Below, piece by piece: positions 40,301 through 55,300 of a stretch of 64,000 nucleotides of DNA. Position 1 is the stretch's first letter. Each line of letters begins with the position of its first letter. The notes beneath the pieces were generated by a model, which was not told where the DNA came from, made no database searches, and saw only the letters and a list, made by a program, of their open reading frames with translations. A program made the position numbers and the translations under genes. The DNA is from Phoronis australis (lineage: Eukaryota > Animalia > Phoronida), in contig NMRA01000028.1 in assembly GCA_002633005.1 (NCBI GenBank), forward strand, positions 1,396,753-1,460,752, given 5' to 3'.

Positions 40301-43300
40301 ACAATAGCAACATTAGGAAACTCTCATTATGTGGCATGGAAACTCATTCTATTTCTGGAATGTAATTTTAAACATGATACATTCCAGTCGTCAGCATATG
40401 TCTGGTACACTTCCCTGGTTGGATAACTGCATGCGTTGTATTTCACTTACTCCCTGTCTTGTTGTTTACTAGGGCACGCTGAATGCTAAGGATACCTACT
40501 ACGTCTTCAATCACGTGGACATTACTCTGGAGTACCACCCCCTGGAGTCCAGCTTCATAGATACAAATGGTGGACGACTCGTATCAGCCAGGCTTGTACC
40601 CAAAAGGTTGGTTATAACTATAAAGAAGTTGTATTACCCCTAGTGGCTTTCTGAGCCCGTTTGAAATTATATTTGTAAGTTTTGGACAACTGTTAACTAT
40701 TTTATGGCTTGCTTGTGATTTTGTAAAAAGCACTTATGTCATTCATGGTTTGGGTACCAGCTTTATGGAGTTGTATTCATTATTATGAGTGATGTGAACT
40801 TGTTATGACTAAGAATCTTTAAAATCCTACAGCAAAGCGTGACTTTGCCATGCTACACTTAATTTTTTGCTGCAAAATATATTTGACATCTGTTCAGTCG
40901 TCATACAGTCACTTAATTTAACATGAATTGCATTAAACCTCCTGAGATTTCACTGGAATTTCGAGTGTCATTTTTCTCATCTTTGTTTTTTCGCATGAAG
41001 TTGTTTGTAGCAAAATATCAGTATGCTTGCGATGAAATCTTATATGCCAACTGTTGTCACAATTACTGTACAAAGAGGTCAAATTGCCACTTTCAAACTT
41101 CACTTCACGACATCTCAGTATGGTTTCCTTGTGACCAATTTTTACGCAGTTTTTTTGGGATTTCTTAATGGCTCATTTTAAATCTTTGATAATTGTTACC
41201 GATTTCAGTTTCTAATGCTAATTAAGATTGTTTTATACATTTTACAACTAACTTTGTTGCTCTTTAGTCACTTACTTGTTATCTTGACTCATGGCCAGTG
41301 AATGTTACTTTTGTCAAATTCAAACACACAATATAGGTCCCTACACAGTCATTGTCCATAACAACAAATGTTGCCTTCAAAATCAGAAGGTGGTGTTATA
41401 TCTGGGCAGGACTGTATACAGAAGATCTATGCAGTTGCATATCTCAAGACGATCACAAATCTGCAACCTCTAACCTTGGACTGTTTTTTTTCTCTAGAGT
41501 CCGTGGACATTTTATGCTTGTAATGTAATGTCTCAGTCTTAGCACTGGTTCAAATTTCTCAGCAGTTTCTTCTTGTCCTGATGTTTTCAAATAGCTTTTG
41601 TCAGTTATTTCCAATTGTAGCTACATATTACAGTGTTTTCACCTTCCCATTTCAGCATCAAGCACACATTCCCCATCACGAGCGATAGCTGCAACAGAGC
41701 CAAAGGTCCCCTGGGTATATCAGGCAAGCAGAAGGAAGAGGTCAAGATGGCTTACACATACTCTGTTACATTTAAGGTGTGTTACAGTCACAACACTATT
41801 AACCCTTGAGGAATGATGTGTTACAGTCACAATACTATTAACCCTTAGAGAGGAACGGTGTGTTACAGTCACATTACTATTAACCCTTAGAGAGGAATGG
41901 TGTGTTACATGAAAGATTTTGCACCAAATCCTCAAATGAAGGTAGTTTTGACTTTTAAGGCAATAAAGATGAATAGAAATAAATACTTTTAATAAAACTA
42001 GTGCATCTGTACATGTCACCCTTCTGGTTTAAATAAGTGTTACTTTTGTCAATTTCTGTTTTATTAAGAAGGTTCAAGATACCTTTCAGGGTGGGTGAAA
42101 TATGCCAAATTGACCAAAAATTTTCAAAAAAGATAAATCAAATTGCCTTTAAGTTTTTCACCACCAGTCCAAAGTGTTCCATCATTGATTTTTATGCGCC
42201 CACATATTTGTATGTGGACGCATTATGCCGTCATCTCTGTCCGTCCGTCTGTCCGGGCGGCGTCCGGCGTCCGCTGCTCTATCTCCAAAACCCTTTGACA
42301 TACGTTCATGAAATTTGGCACATATGTTCCATTCATGAATGGGACGGCATGTACGAACTTTCGGACGGATCCGACTACCGGTGTGCCCTCTAGTGGCAAT
42401 TTTAGTTTTTTACGCTTACCTTTGTATCTTCAAAAGTCCTGAACGGATTTTCATGAAATTTGGTATGTAGGCACCTATTAGTGAGATTACGCTATCATGC
42501 CGTTTTCAGATGGATTCGACATAGTTTGCGCCACCCAGTGGCCATGTTTAGTGTTTTCGAGTCTGTTTTTGTGCGTCCACCCCTCTATCAACCAAACCGC
42601 TCAAAGGATGATTGTGAAAATTGGCATGTATATGCTTACTATGTAGAGGATGGTTGACGATGATTTTCCGACGATTTCGACTACTGTGGCGCCTCCTAGT
42701 GGCAGTTTTGTTTTTTTGCGCCTATGGCTGTATCTCCTAAACCGTTCGCAGGATCTTTACAAATTGTGTAAGTATATTTATATGATGTTAACAACGGAAG
42801 ATGACGACTTTTGGTCGGATCCGACTACCGGTGTGCCCCCTAGTGGCAATTTTAGTTTTTTACGCTTACCTTTGTATCTTCAAAAGTATTGAACGGATTT
42901 TCATGAAATTTGGTATGTAGGCACCTATTAGTGAGATGACGCTATCCTACTGTTTTCAGATGGATTCGACGTAGTTTGCGCCACCTAGTGGCCATTTTTA
43001 CTGTTTTCGAGTCTGTATTTTTGCGTCCACCCCTCTATCAACCAAACCGCTCAAAGGATGATTGTGAAAATTGGCGTGTATGTGCTTACTATAAGGAAGA
43101 CAGCTGACAATGATTTTCAGACGATTTGGACTACTGTGGCGCCTCCTAGTGGCAGTTTTGTTTTTTTGCGCCCATGGCTGTATCTCCCAAACCGTTTGCA
43201 GGATCTTTACTAAATTTAGCAAGTGTATTTATGTGATGTTGACAACGGACGATGACGACTTTAGGATGATTCTGATTACCGGTATGCCTCTAGTGGCAAT

Positions 43301-46300
43301 TTTAGTATTTGCCTCTAGTGGCAATTTTAGTATTTTACATTGACCTCTGTATTTTCATAGGTCTTCAGGTGTATACTTTGTGTTACTTCGTGACTGTGAA
43401 GGAAAAGTTCCAAGTAGAAATTTGTTTCTGGCATTCTAATGCTGTGCTAATCTCGTATGTTGGTAAATTTGTTTTTAATTCTATGTTTCTGTGGTGCTTT
43501 AAGCAACTGGTGTATAGGATGTGCTTGTATTATGAAGATTACTCACATTTTGCCCCTAGCCTATTGAGGAGACAATGACCATGCCTTTCCATTTTGCAAA
43601 GTACAACATACTACATATATGCCCTCTACTGGCCACTTTATGGTACCAATAAACAACCCTTGAAGGATACCGTATGCAGTGCAATTGTGGGCGCATTTCA
43701 ATGCTTTGCATTGCTCTTGTTAATTAACTCAAACTCAACATCTTTTTGATTTGGGTTCCCGAGTTTGAATTGCCAGAAATGAGGTGAAGTATGTTTTAGT
43801 GCTGGCAGGTTTTGTATTTCAATCAAGAATCTGTTTCGGTCATTGATACATGGTACATGTTTTTTCTCCTGATGAGGTTTGTATCAAGTCAAAAATCAAA
43901 TTCCAGACTTTGTACTTTCATAAATATATTTCTACTGAGTTACAACTATAGTTTTGTAGTCATTTGGCATCGGCTTATCGATAAGGCCCTCCGTAACCAT
44001 AATGTCTGATGGGGCTACCCTCATTGTAAATATTACATTAATAAATAAATAAATATGAAAGTCTGCTTGTTGCATGTTTGTGTGATAATGGTAATGATAT
44101 GGTGCTTCTTTCTACTCACCTGAGTTGTCTTCGTACTATGATTAGTGTCGTTGGTGAGTCAACAAATTTTTGTACTTAACCTTGTTTCATTAAAAAGTCC
44201 ATTGCGTAAATAATTATGAAAAAATTCCTAATGTTTCTGAACTAAGTTTTGTGTTGAAAGAGACTGCTGCAATCTGAAAGAGACTGCTGCAGTCTGAAAG
44301 AGACTGCTACAGTCTGAAAGAGACTGCTGCAGTATGAAAGAGACTGCTGCAGTCTGAAAGATGGAATGAAAGTTGTTGAAGGTTCTGCGTTGAGCCGTAC
44401 TCGACCAGGATGTTACTTTTGTGAATGTTCGATTGAGTTTTCCTGTGTTTGAATGTTTCCTTGTTGTGAATGCTTTTCAAACCATTGTCTGGTGGTAGGT
44501 ATGCTACAGAATGGTGGTAGGTATGCCACAGAAATTGAATATGTAAAAGCATTAATTTCAATTGGAAAATTTTGAGAAAATTAATTTTTTCTTGGCTACC
44601 GTATTGTGTCCTTCATTGGTGACGGCTTTACTGTAGTGTGTCGGGGTTTTATGTGACCTACTTTAGTGTGTCGGGGCTTATGTGACCTACTGAATGTTTT
44701 GTTACAGGAGAACAAGCTTATTAAATGGTCGTCACGCTGGGACTACATCCTGGACTCCATGCCACATACCAACATCCAGTGGTTCAGGTAGGATCCATCT
44801 TAATGCACCTCGTTCAGTTTTGAATTTTATTGGGGGTAGGGGGCACACTTTCATTTTATTGCTCAAACATGGATACTTCAGTCCTTTGTCTAAAGTATGA
44901 TGCAATTACTTCTGTTATGAGGCGATGTGGACTGGCTGGGCCGTGGGATGTCGCATTGATGCCACCAAGATGTAATGTCGGTATACGTGACCTGACCTCT
45001 GTTGTAAACAGTAGAAACTACAAACCCTGTCAGACTGTATAAGTGAGCAGACAATACATCAAAGCTGGTAAAAACATGTCAAGAACAGGCAAAAACTTTA
45101 GGAGTGAAAGCAACAATGGTCCTATAATAAAACAAGTCTACATCGATCCGACTTTCGGGATTTTAGAAATGATGATAAACCAATCCCTTGGGCCTTCAAT
45201 AGTCAGTATGAAAGATTTCTTGTTGCCTTGTTCATTGCAGTATTCTCAACTCGCTAGTCATTGTGCTGTTCTTGTCTGGTATGATGGCTACGATCATGCT
45301 GCGCACCCTCCACAAGGACATCGCACGCTACAACCAGGCTGACAACGCGGTATGTTCTAACACATTTGGCTCCTCTGCTCTGCTTTCTCTAGTTCTCTTG
45401 GTCAGTTATGTTGGCTTACTCTGGGATTTTTAAATCAGTGTTGAAGTTTAACTGATAGCCCTTACATATTTATCTGAAGTTCAGGTCCTACAGTCATTGT
45501 TTATCTGAAATTGAAGTTGCATACTTATACAATTCCGAAATCCTGGTAATCTAGAGTTAATATTTATTTTAGCAGTGAGCAGACTATATAACGGTTCACG
45601 ATTGTCGCCATTAATGCAAATAATAGAACACATTTTTGGGAAGCATACATCTAAATTCTGGATCTTTGGACAGCACAACCATCCATTGTCAAGGTGGATG
45701 GTAAAATGCTTAAAGCGCAAAATATACAATGTGCTGCGTATATTTTGATTACGTAATGATAGTGGTGTAAGTAACTGTCCGAAGACATGGAGAAACTTCA
45801 GGTAGTGAACACCTAAGTTACTGGGTTGAATTCTGTGATGTCTTCTTGTGGCTGTTTTGTTTTTTGCATCTGTGGCTGTATCTCCTAAATCCTCTGCAAA
45901 TCCTTGTTAAGTTTGTGTAATTCTGTGAACGTGACAATGGATGACAATTTTCGGATTGATCTGAATACCGCTGTGTCCCTTAGTGGCAATTTTATGTTAT
46001 CAATTTTCCTCTGTATCTTTGACATTCCATGAAAGATTTTCATGAAATTTTGCTAATTGGTTTCTATTAAAAAGGCGGTGAGATCTTCCTTTTTCAGGCG
46101 GATTTGACGTTATATATGTCACTTAGTGGCCAATTTTATAGTCTGTTCTTGACATTCATCTCTGTATTGGCCAAACCACTCTTAGGTATTTTTATGAAAA
46201 TTTGTGTATTTGTTCCTGCTGAGAAAAGCAGGGCTGACAATGATTTTTGGGTGCCTTCGACTTCTGTTGTGCCCCCTAGTGGCAGCTTTGCTTTTTTCAC

Positions 46301-49300
46301 GTCTGCACACTGTTTATTCTAAAGCCTAGCAGGATCTTTGTGAAATTTGGCAAGTGTGTTTAATGTGTGGATATGGGAATGGACGACGACTACTTACAGA
46401 CGTATTAAGCTATTGTTATGCCCCCTAGTAGTGACACTTTTCGTTCCACTGTATCTTCTGAGTTCCCAAACACATTTCAGGAAATTTGACAAATAGGTTT
46501 CTGTTAAAAAGATGATAACATCTTCCCATTTTCGGATTTGACTAATTTTACGCCACCTACTGGCCCCGATTGTTATGAAATTTGCCATAATTATGTATTT
46601 CTTCCAGAAGTGCCTAGCTGGCAGTGATTTTCGGACTATTGTGACTGCTGTGGCACCCTTTTGTGGCATTTTTTTCCCACTTGCACATTTTCTACCAAGT
46701 TTCTTAATAGTTTTTCATGAATATGTTTGTTTATTTACAAGAGTACATTTGGTGTGGATTTTTAGATCAAATGTGAGTCCCTTGTTGCAATTTTGTCTTT
46801 GTGTTTGTCTTGTCTCTGTCGAGCTCCTTGATGGATGTTCACGAAATTTTTCTAATAAGCTACCAGCAGACGACAGCACAAGTTAGTTTCAGACGGATTT
46901 GTCCTATATTGCACCCCCTAGTGGCCTTATATTTTTTTCAAGTTCTTGGATGCCCAACTCCCTGTCCTCCAAACCTGCATAAAGAATGATGATGAAAAAT
47001 GACAGTGTGTTCCTATTTAAAGTATTGCTGACTTGTTTTGTACCCTTTAGGGGCTATCTGAAATTTACTAGCATTGTTCTCTTCAGAGAGAATGCTTGAA
47101 ATACCGATCAACCCTTGTATCTGTACTGTACTGTACTATATACGATGCACTGGGTGGGTGGTATCAGTGCTCTGCCTTGATCTTTTAGGAGTTCTCATTA
47201 TGTGTATGTGTGTAAGACATTGACACTCAGAGAGAGAGAAAGTTGACATGCCGTGTACGCTGACCCCATCTGTTGTTGACCTAAAACACTACATCGCTAT
47301 TTACAGGAAGATGCTCAGGAAGAGTTTGGTTGGAAGTTAGTCCATGGTGATGTGTTCCGACCTCCTAACAAGGGCATGCTTCTCTCAGTCTTTCTCGGCA
47401 ACGGCACTCAGATCCTTTGTATGTTGATGGTCACGTTAGGTAAGTCAGTCTTAGGGGCTGTAGAATGGAATTCACCCCTGGTTGGAAAGTTTTTCTTACC
47501 AGAAGGCTACTGGTGAAGGAAAAGCATAGACATCATCTACTGCCAGGCTTGCTTTACTGTCGTATCTTTTACATTTCGCCAAATGTGTTGTTGATGTACA
47601 AATATGTCAGTTGTTTGGACAGTTTTCAGTTGATTTAAATTATGCGACACGGTCACGACACTTCATAGTATGGCTTGTTAACAGTATGTTGTAAGTGCTC
47701 CAGTAAAGTACAGAAGTAATGAGATGGCTATTTCTGTTAACGCCAAAAATGACTGACGATAACTACTATAGCAGGAAACTTACATAATGGCTTAGTAACT
47801 ATCATAGATATCCTGTTACTTCCTCTTCATTCTCAGCCATGAGAGAGTAATATTCTGACCATGAATTCAGCTTTTGCCCAGTCGCCCTTAAGGGGAATTA
47901 TATCACATTCTATCTTAATACTTTTGGCGTGTTCTGTATTTCTATAGTTCATGGTTATTGTCATTTTGTTGCCACAGTGTTTGCCTGTTTCGGCTTCCTG
48001 TCTCCGGCCAACAGAGGTGCCCTCATGACGTGTGCGCTTGTCCTGTACGTTCTATTTGGCACCCCAGCCGGTTACGTTGCAGCCAGGATCTATAAGAGTG
48101 AGTAGTTTAGCGGTCTTGTTGCTATGGGTGAAATGATTTTAAAAGGGGTGTGTGAAAGAGCTTTTCTGGAGGACACACCAAAAATGATCGAAGCAACATG
48201 GCCCGATCTTGTCCATCGATACAGCAGAGAACTGACAAAATTCACTATTGGAATAGTTGAAATGATGGGGAAACAAAATGATGGCTAGTTATTTTTGGCA
48301 TGTATTGTATGATTCTGTTATCAAAGTTCAGAAGCAATGTTGACAACTCCAGTGGGTATATTAGCCCTTAGCATGTATTTTCCCTTAGCATGTGCTAAAT
48401 TCAAACGTTTGTCTCCTGGTTTGACTGTCTGTTGGTTTGCTTGCAGAGTCCTTCATAAGTTATAATCTAGATCTTTTTCATGATGTGAGAGGCCATACTA
48501 ATACCAGTATTTTTTGTTGCAGCCTTCGGTGGAGAAAAGTGGAAGAGTAACTTGTTGTTGACTGCTTTCCTTGTGCCTGGGTAAACATTGTGTTGTATAA
48601 CTGTACAAGCATCAGCAGAGCTATCTAATACTGCCAAACTTGAGGTGTCATTGTACTAGCTTTTGCCATGAGATGGAGCTGCTGTTACAATAAATAGTTT
48701 GGTTGTACATCTTATTTAGTCAACACTTAAATTTACATTCTGTGGTTTGTGGGCCCAAATTCTCTATGGGTGGTGTTGGGTTTGAGATGATAAACATCCC
48801 TTGTATCATTCTGTTTCTTATACACCAAGTGAGTGAGATTTAGCGCCGTTAAGTGGGTGATGTTCAGTGCCACCAAGTGGATGAACTTCAGTGTCATGTT
48901 GCAGTTGTTTGCCCACTCGGGCGATATCGTGTTTACTTATAAATTAACGTATGGTACCGTTAACTGGAGAACACTTGTGTGCTTGTTACAGGCTGGTATT
49001 TGGCGTCTTCTTCCTCCTCAACCTACTGCTGTGGGGTGAACAAAGCAGTGCTGCTGTGCCCTTTGGTACCCTGGTCGCTCTGCTTGCACTCTGGTTCTGC
49101 GTCTCTGTGCCCCTAACTTTCATCGGTGCCTACTTTGGATTCAAGCGCAGGGTGAGCATTTGCGTTTATTACTTATTTGGTCCCTTGTAGTTAGCTTGAC
49201 TAGTGTTGCAACATAGCCCTGAAGTGAAGAGGTAGGAGATTAGTTGTGTCACTGCCTGGCATGTTGTCACAAAAGGACTGTGCTGGCTTCAAGTTGAGTC

Positions 49301-52300
49301 AAAGCCGAAGTAAAAGTTTCTTTTCATTTACTTTTCATTTTATTTTCTCGTGGGATGTAAAGGTCAAATTGAAATAATATTATATTGGTCTCCCTGAACT
49401 GCTGTTTCCTTGATCCTAATTTAAATGAATGGTTCCTATCCATATGGTGTATAATTTTCTAATTGTTAGTGATATTCTGTAGTATTGAATGGCAGGTGCG
49501 CTCCCTGTGATAATTGTTAGTTTAAATTTTATCCAATTTTATCCTCATTTGTTCACTTTTCAGCCCATTGAGCATCCAGTGCGCACTAATCAGATCCCTC
49601 GGCAGATCCCTGAGCAGTCATGTTACACGATGCCTCTCCCTGGCATCATCATGGGAGGCATTCTCCCCTTCGGATGTATATTTATTCAGCTTTTTTTCAT
49701 ACTCAAAAGCATCTGGTAAGCTATTATATAACTGTGGCTATGGAAATTGTAATTCCTCATCTTACATGTAATCATTCTTGTTTGTACTTGGCAAGTAAAA
49801 GGGCTTCTGCTCCAAGTTGCTCTCAGATGGGATGGTTCATTTTACACTCTGTTTAATTTAAGGTTTTATGATTTTTGTTGTAAATTAATGTGATTTTAGT
49901 TGGCATGAACGATTCAATAACATGACAAAAGAGTAAAAGTAATCCAAAGCCTTTGATGACAAGCTACCATAGTGATCTCTCTTGAGTTAATCACAAGGTT
50001 GCTTTGGTAAATAATCAGTGTCAGTTGACCTGAAGATGTGATAGCAAGTTGTTGGCAGGTGAATCTCAACTCTCTGTTTCAATCCAAGTGGAATTTCAGT
50101 GCCACTTTTCTCCCTTCTGGCAATAGTTGACAAAATAGTTCAGAAGCAAAATTATCCAGAATTCTCTCTCACATCTTCTGATGTCAAGTTGTAATCAGAA
50201 TAACTGTGATGATGATTCATGGCGGGTTGGTAGCGTCGTGTTGAAGTGACATTTTGTCCATCTTTCTTATTAGTGTTTACCATTCTGTATTGGATGTGTA
50301 TTTAATAACTGAGCTTGGTCTTGCAGGTCTCACCAGATGTACTACATGTTCGGTTTCTTACTTCTTGTATTCGTCATACTTATGATCACGTCATCGGAAA
50401 CCACCATTCTTCTGTGTTACTTTCATCTCTGTGCAGAGGTGAGTCTGCAGCTCGTGTTTGTCTTTGTGTTTATGGCTCATTAAATGGTGCCGTAATATTA
50501 AATAAGGCAGCTTTGTTTGAGCAGTGTTTTACTCGAGAAACGCGTACAATCTTTGAGTTTCACTCAGTCTGTAAGGGTGTGTTTACATCATTCTTTGAGT
50601 TTCACTCAGTCTGTAAGGGGGTGTTTGCATCTTTGAGTTTCAGTCAGTCTGTAAGGGTATGTTTGCATCTTTGAGTTTCACTCAGTCTGTAAGGGTGTGT
50701 TTGAATCTTTAAATCATGCCATAAATGGTATCAAAAGCTGTATTACAATCCAAAAGTATTCCGACAAAATGACCTGGAATTCACCGTCATGACTGCTGAG
50801 CAGAAACCCGTTGTGTACTTAGAACTTTACAGCCATAATTGTTATCACCAGTCATTTTTGCTGTTAACAGAATTAAGCCGTCATGTTGGGAAACAGTATT
50901 TTGTCTGGTTACTTTTGTCTGCTACATATAGGTGCTGTATTTAAGTGGTGTTTAGCTGTAGAAGTGAGGAATCTGCTGTGTATATTCTTGCAAATATATC
51001 TAAAGCCTATGTGAACATATTAGGCTTGACCTGTGTGCTGTTAGCAGGGTGGATTTACTCATATTCTATGTTCTCTTAGGACCAAAAAGACGCCATGTGC
51101 CGATTGTTTTGCCTTGATTTCTTTCCAAAAAATCAGCTTTCTTTCAGCTTGTTGTTAATTCAAAACCTTTTTTTGTAAACATTCATTTGTAGTTAAATGT
51201 AAATGTTTATGGTCAAAGTCAAGAGGGCTGACATTGGTGTCAAGGTCATTGGTTGACCTTACACCTCTGCCCTCTGCCTTCTCCACCTTAGGTGAAGTTT
51301 CCCAACTCCAACTCAGTTTTAATGTTTTCTGTTCTATGTGCATTTGCGTGTTTTTATGCGCCCACATATTTATATGTGGACGCATTATGCCGTCATCTCC
51401 GTCCGTCCGTCCGGGCGGCGTCCGTCCGGCGTCCGCTGCTCTATCTCCAAAACCCTTTGACATACGTTCATGAAATTTGGCACATATGTTCCATTCATGA
51501 ATGGGACGGCACGTGCGAAATTTTGGACGGATCCGACTACCGGTGTGCCCCCTAGTGGCAATTTTAGTTTTTTACGCTTACCTTTGTATTTTCAAAAGTC
51601 CTGAACGGATTTTCATGAAATTTGGTATGTAGGCACCTATTAGTGAGATGACGCTATCCTCCCATTTTCAGATGGATTCGACATAGTTTGCGCCACCTAG
51701 TGGCCATTTTTACTGTTTTCGAGTCTGTATTTTTGCGTCCACCCCTCTATCAACCAAACCGCTCTAAGGATGATTGTGAAAATTGGCATGTATATGCTTA
51801 CTATGTAGAGGACGGTTGACGATGATTTTCCGACGATTTTGACTACTGTGGCGCCGCCTAGTGGCATTTTTTTTTGTGCCTATGGCTGTATCTCCTAAAC
51901 CGTTCGCAGGATCTTTACGAAATTTAATAAGTGTATTTATATGATGTTAACAACAGACGATGACGACTTTTGGACGGATCCGACTACCAGTGTGCCCCCT
52001 AGTGGCAATTTTATTTTTTTACGTTTAACTTTGTATCTTCAAAAGTCCTTAACGGATTTTCATGAAATTTGGTATGTAGGCACCTATTAGTGCGATGATG
52101 CTATCCTCTCGTTTTCGGATGGATTCGACCTAGTTTGCGACACGCAGTAGCCATTTTTACTGTTTTTTAGTCTGTTTTTTGGCGTCCACCCCTCTATCAA
52201 CCAAACCGCTCTAAGTATGATTGTGAAAATGGGCATGTATGTTCTTACTGTGAAGAGGACGGTTGACGCTGAATTTCCCATGACTTTGATTACTGTGGCG

Positions 52301-55300
52301 CCTCCTATTGGCAGTTTTTTTTTTTGCGCCCATGGCTGTATCTCCCAAACCGTTTGCAGGATCTTTACTAAATTTATGGTGGTAAATTTGTTTTTAATTC
52401 TATGTTTTTGTGGTGCTTTAAGCAACTGATGTATAGGATGTACTTGTATTATGGAGATCACTCACATTTTGCCCCTAGCCTATTGAGGAGACAATGACCA
52501 TGCCAAAGTACAACATACTACATATATGCCCTCAACTGGCCACTTTATGGTACCAATTAACAACCCTAGAAGTATACCGTATACGGTGCAATTGTGGGCG
52601 CATTTCAACGCTCTGCGTTGCTCTTGTTGGTATTGTTCTCGAGTGCTTTATTAGTACATAAAGTCACCCTTATTGACCACAAAATCTTCAGTTTGATCAT
52701 AAGTTTGTGACGTGGGATTATTCAGTGCAAACTTGTATTACGTTCTCATCTGCACAAACTGCTGTACTCTAGCTCAACATTAAAGAAAGTTGTCATGAGC
52801 ACGCACTAAAGCACAACAAGAAATGTCTAAATTAAAGTTGAGGATGCGTTTGTTTGGGGATCGGACCTGAGGTCGCTGAACACCACTGGGGCACCAGACT
52901 CGAAAATGGGTTGGGTACAAATGCGCCCAAATATTCTGGTTGTCGTTGCATTGACTAATTCCGTTGTTTGTTGCCAGGACTACCGGTGGTGGTGGCGCTC
53001 GTTTCTCACCAGCGGCTTCACCGCCTTCTATCTGTTCCTGTACAGCATACATTACTTTGTGTCCAAGATGGAGATCGATGAAGTATCCAGCACAATTCTC
53101 TACTTTGGTTACACGCTCCTGTGTATCTTCCTCTTCTTTCTAGTTGTCGGTGAGTTATTTTGCTAACACTGTGTTTGCCTAAGGAGCAGAACTACGCTTG
53201 GCACTGGGAAGACTGTATCTGAGTGCAACTATCGTGTTGTTCTGAACCACCAAATGCTGCTGTCGAATTCTGCAGTGATGAACATGCCAAGTTCTGCGTG
53301 TCTAAAAAATAAAGCTGAGGCACACATTTCTTCTGCATGCATTTTGAAGAATTTGTGTTTAGATAAATATTTTCTCTCAGTCTGACATTTGCTTTAAGCG
53401 CTATAGCTTTCGAAGAAAAGGAGCTGAATATCCTCTCATCGAGTTATATGTTGCGGACGAAATTTAGCGTAAAAAATTCCAACGGTCCAAGTATATGCAA
53501 GTGATCCGTCCTGAAATACTCCAACTTCATTCTCATTCTGACTTCTTTATTCACTTTCTTCTTCACATACGATGTTCTAGTCACTACCACAGGTCTCAAT
53601 AATTACATAATTCAGAGCTGTAATGCAGGCCAACTTGTATTATTGCATTTTACTTGGCAATGTTTCCATCAAGAAATTGGCAAATGTCACCGCAACATGT
53701 GCAATGTCTTGCTTGTTCTTCCATTCGTAACCAACTGGGGGTGAAGGGTTTGGTGCCTGACATTTTTCTACTTCCACCCCAAAAGAGGAGAGTTCATTTC
53801 CTTTCCAATTTTTACCATAACTTTGATGAAGCTAGACGACTTTTGTTAATGATAGTAGTGTTTTTGCAAACTAGGCATAACTGCGTTGTGGACTTATTCA
53901 GAAACCTGTCCACTTGATGGCTAGAATTAATTCAACATTAACTCACCCTCTTGATATGCACGTAGTCAGAAAGTTTTGAGTATGGTAAAAATTCTCCAAT
54001 TTAGAACCCTGAAATTGAGTTTTCTTAACTCTGGAATTTGAGACAAGGGCGATTTTGGCATTCATCATATTTTATGCTGTGGTTTCAGTCTACAAAGTGG
54101 GTAATTTTGTTGTCTTGCTGGTGATTCTTGAATTTGGGATGGCCAATATTGTCTATTTCTTGAATTTGGGACATGCTTTGACCTTGAGCAAAATAATTGA
54201 TTTTTCACTGTCCCAAGTTAGAGGACGTTTATATAGAGGGAAAGAACATTCATACACACATGCATGCACATATGCACACCAACTTGTTTGTAATCACGTA
54301 TGCTCTCCAGATAAGACATGGGGTAATAGTCTCCTGTGATTATTATATTCTTTAGTAAAACCGTTTTTCAAAAGCAGAAATTTCTGACAGTAGAATTCAT
54401 ATTTCAACATTCCAATGAAACCGAAAATATTTGGCATCACAACCTTGAATCTTGCTTGATAATTTAATTTTTTGCATATTAGCTTAAACCAATTTAAAAT
54501 TTACTTCCGGTGTTGAAAATATTACCAAAAAGTATTTCTCTTTTCATGGTAATGTGAAAATTAATATTTCCTCTGGTGAGAACACATATTTCTATTTCTG
54601 ACAGAAAATGTCTTGTTTTACAGTCATAAAAATGTGTTACAAAGTTTTAGTCTCAACTTTACAAAATGAACATTTGTCAGAGTCAACTATATAAAAATTT
54701 TTGGTTACTGTATTGCAAACATATCAACGAAGTGTCTAGGTACATTCAAAAGGTAGATAATTATATTTTTACATGACTCTTCATCAGAAGCAAACCTTTT
54801 TCAGCAAACCTAAGTTGAGCTGTTGGAACAACATTATGTGGATTTCTACTTAATAAATTGTAAAAAAATTACAGCCTGAGCTGTTAACAATTATCACAAA
54901 TATTGAATGGCATCAACGGACCAATGGTTTTATGCAACACATTAAAACCTACAGATAATTTAATCATAAACGATTTAACAGATTTAATTAGTGAAGTATA
55001 CTCTAAAAATTGAATCTGAGCAAAAACTTTATGATTTCACAGTACAGTCTAAATCAATTGTGTTCATTCAAGAGGTCATTAATGTATAGACAGCCTTTGC
55101 CAGCATTATTAACATAAACTACGGTCTTTCCTACCAACTTATATTTCACTGTTATATCGCAGACTTGTGCATAACACATTTTATGTATTACCAGAATAAT
55201 TTTTTTTTGTAAATTAGGGTTGACCAATAACCCAGTGTTTCAATCCAAAAAACAAAGGATTTCAATACCCGGTTTGGTTTTGTGGTAATCATTGGAGAAT

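Noticed and set aside
44255-44360. CRISPR-like array (also 24263-24920 and 50549-50710)
   Set aside because: Head-to-tail repeats or microsatellite spacers with no unique spacers and no cas genes; eukaryotic context
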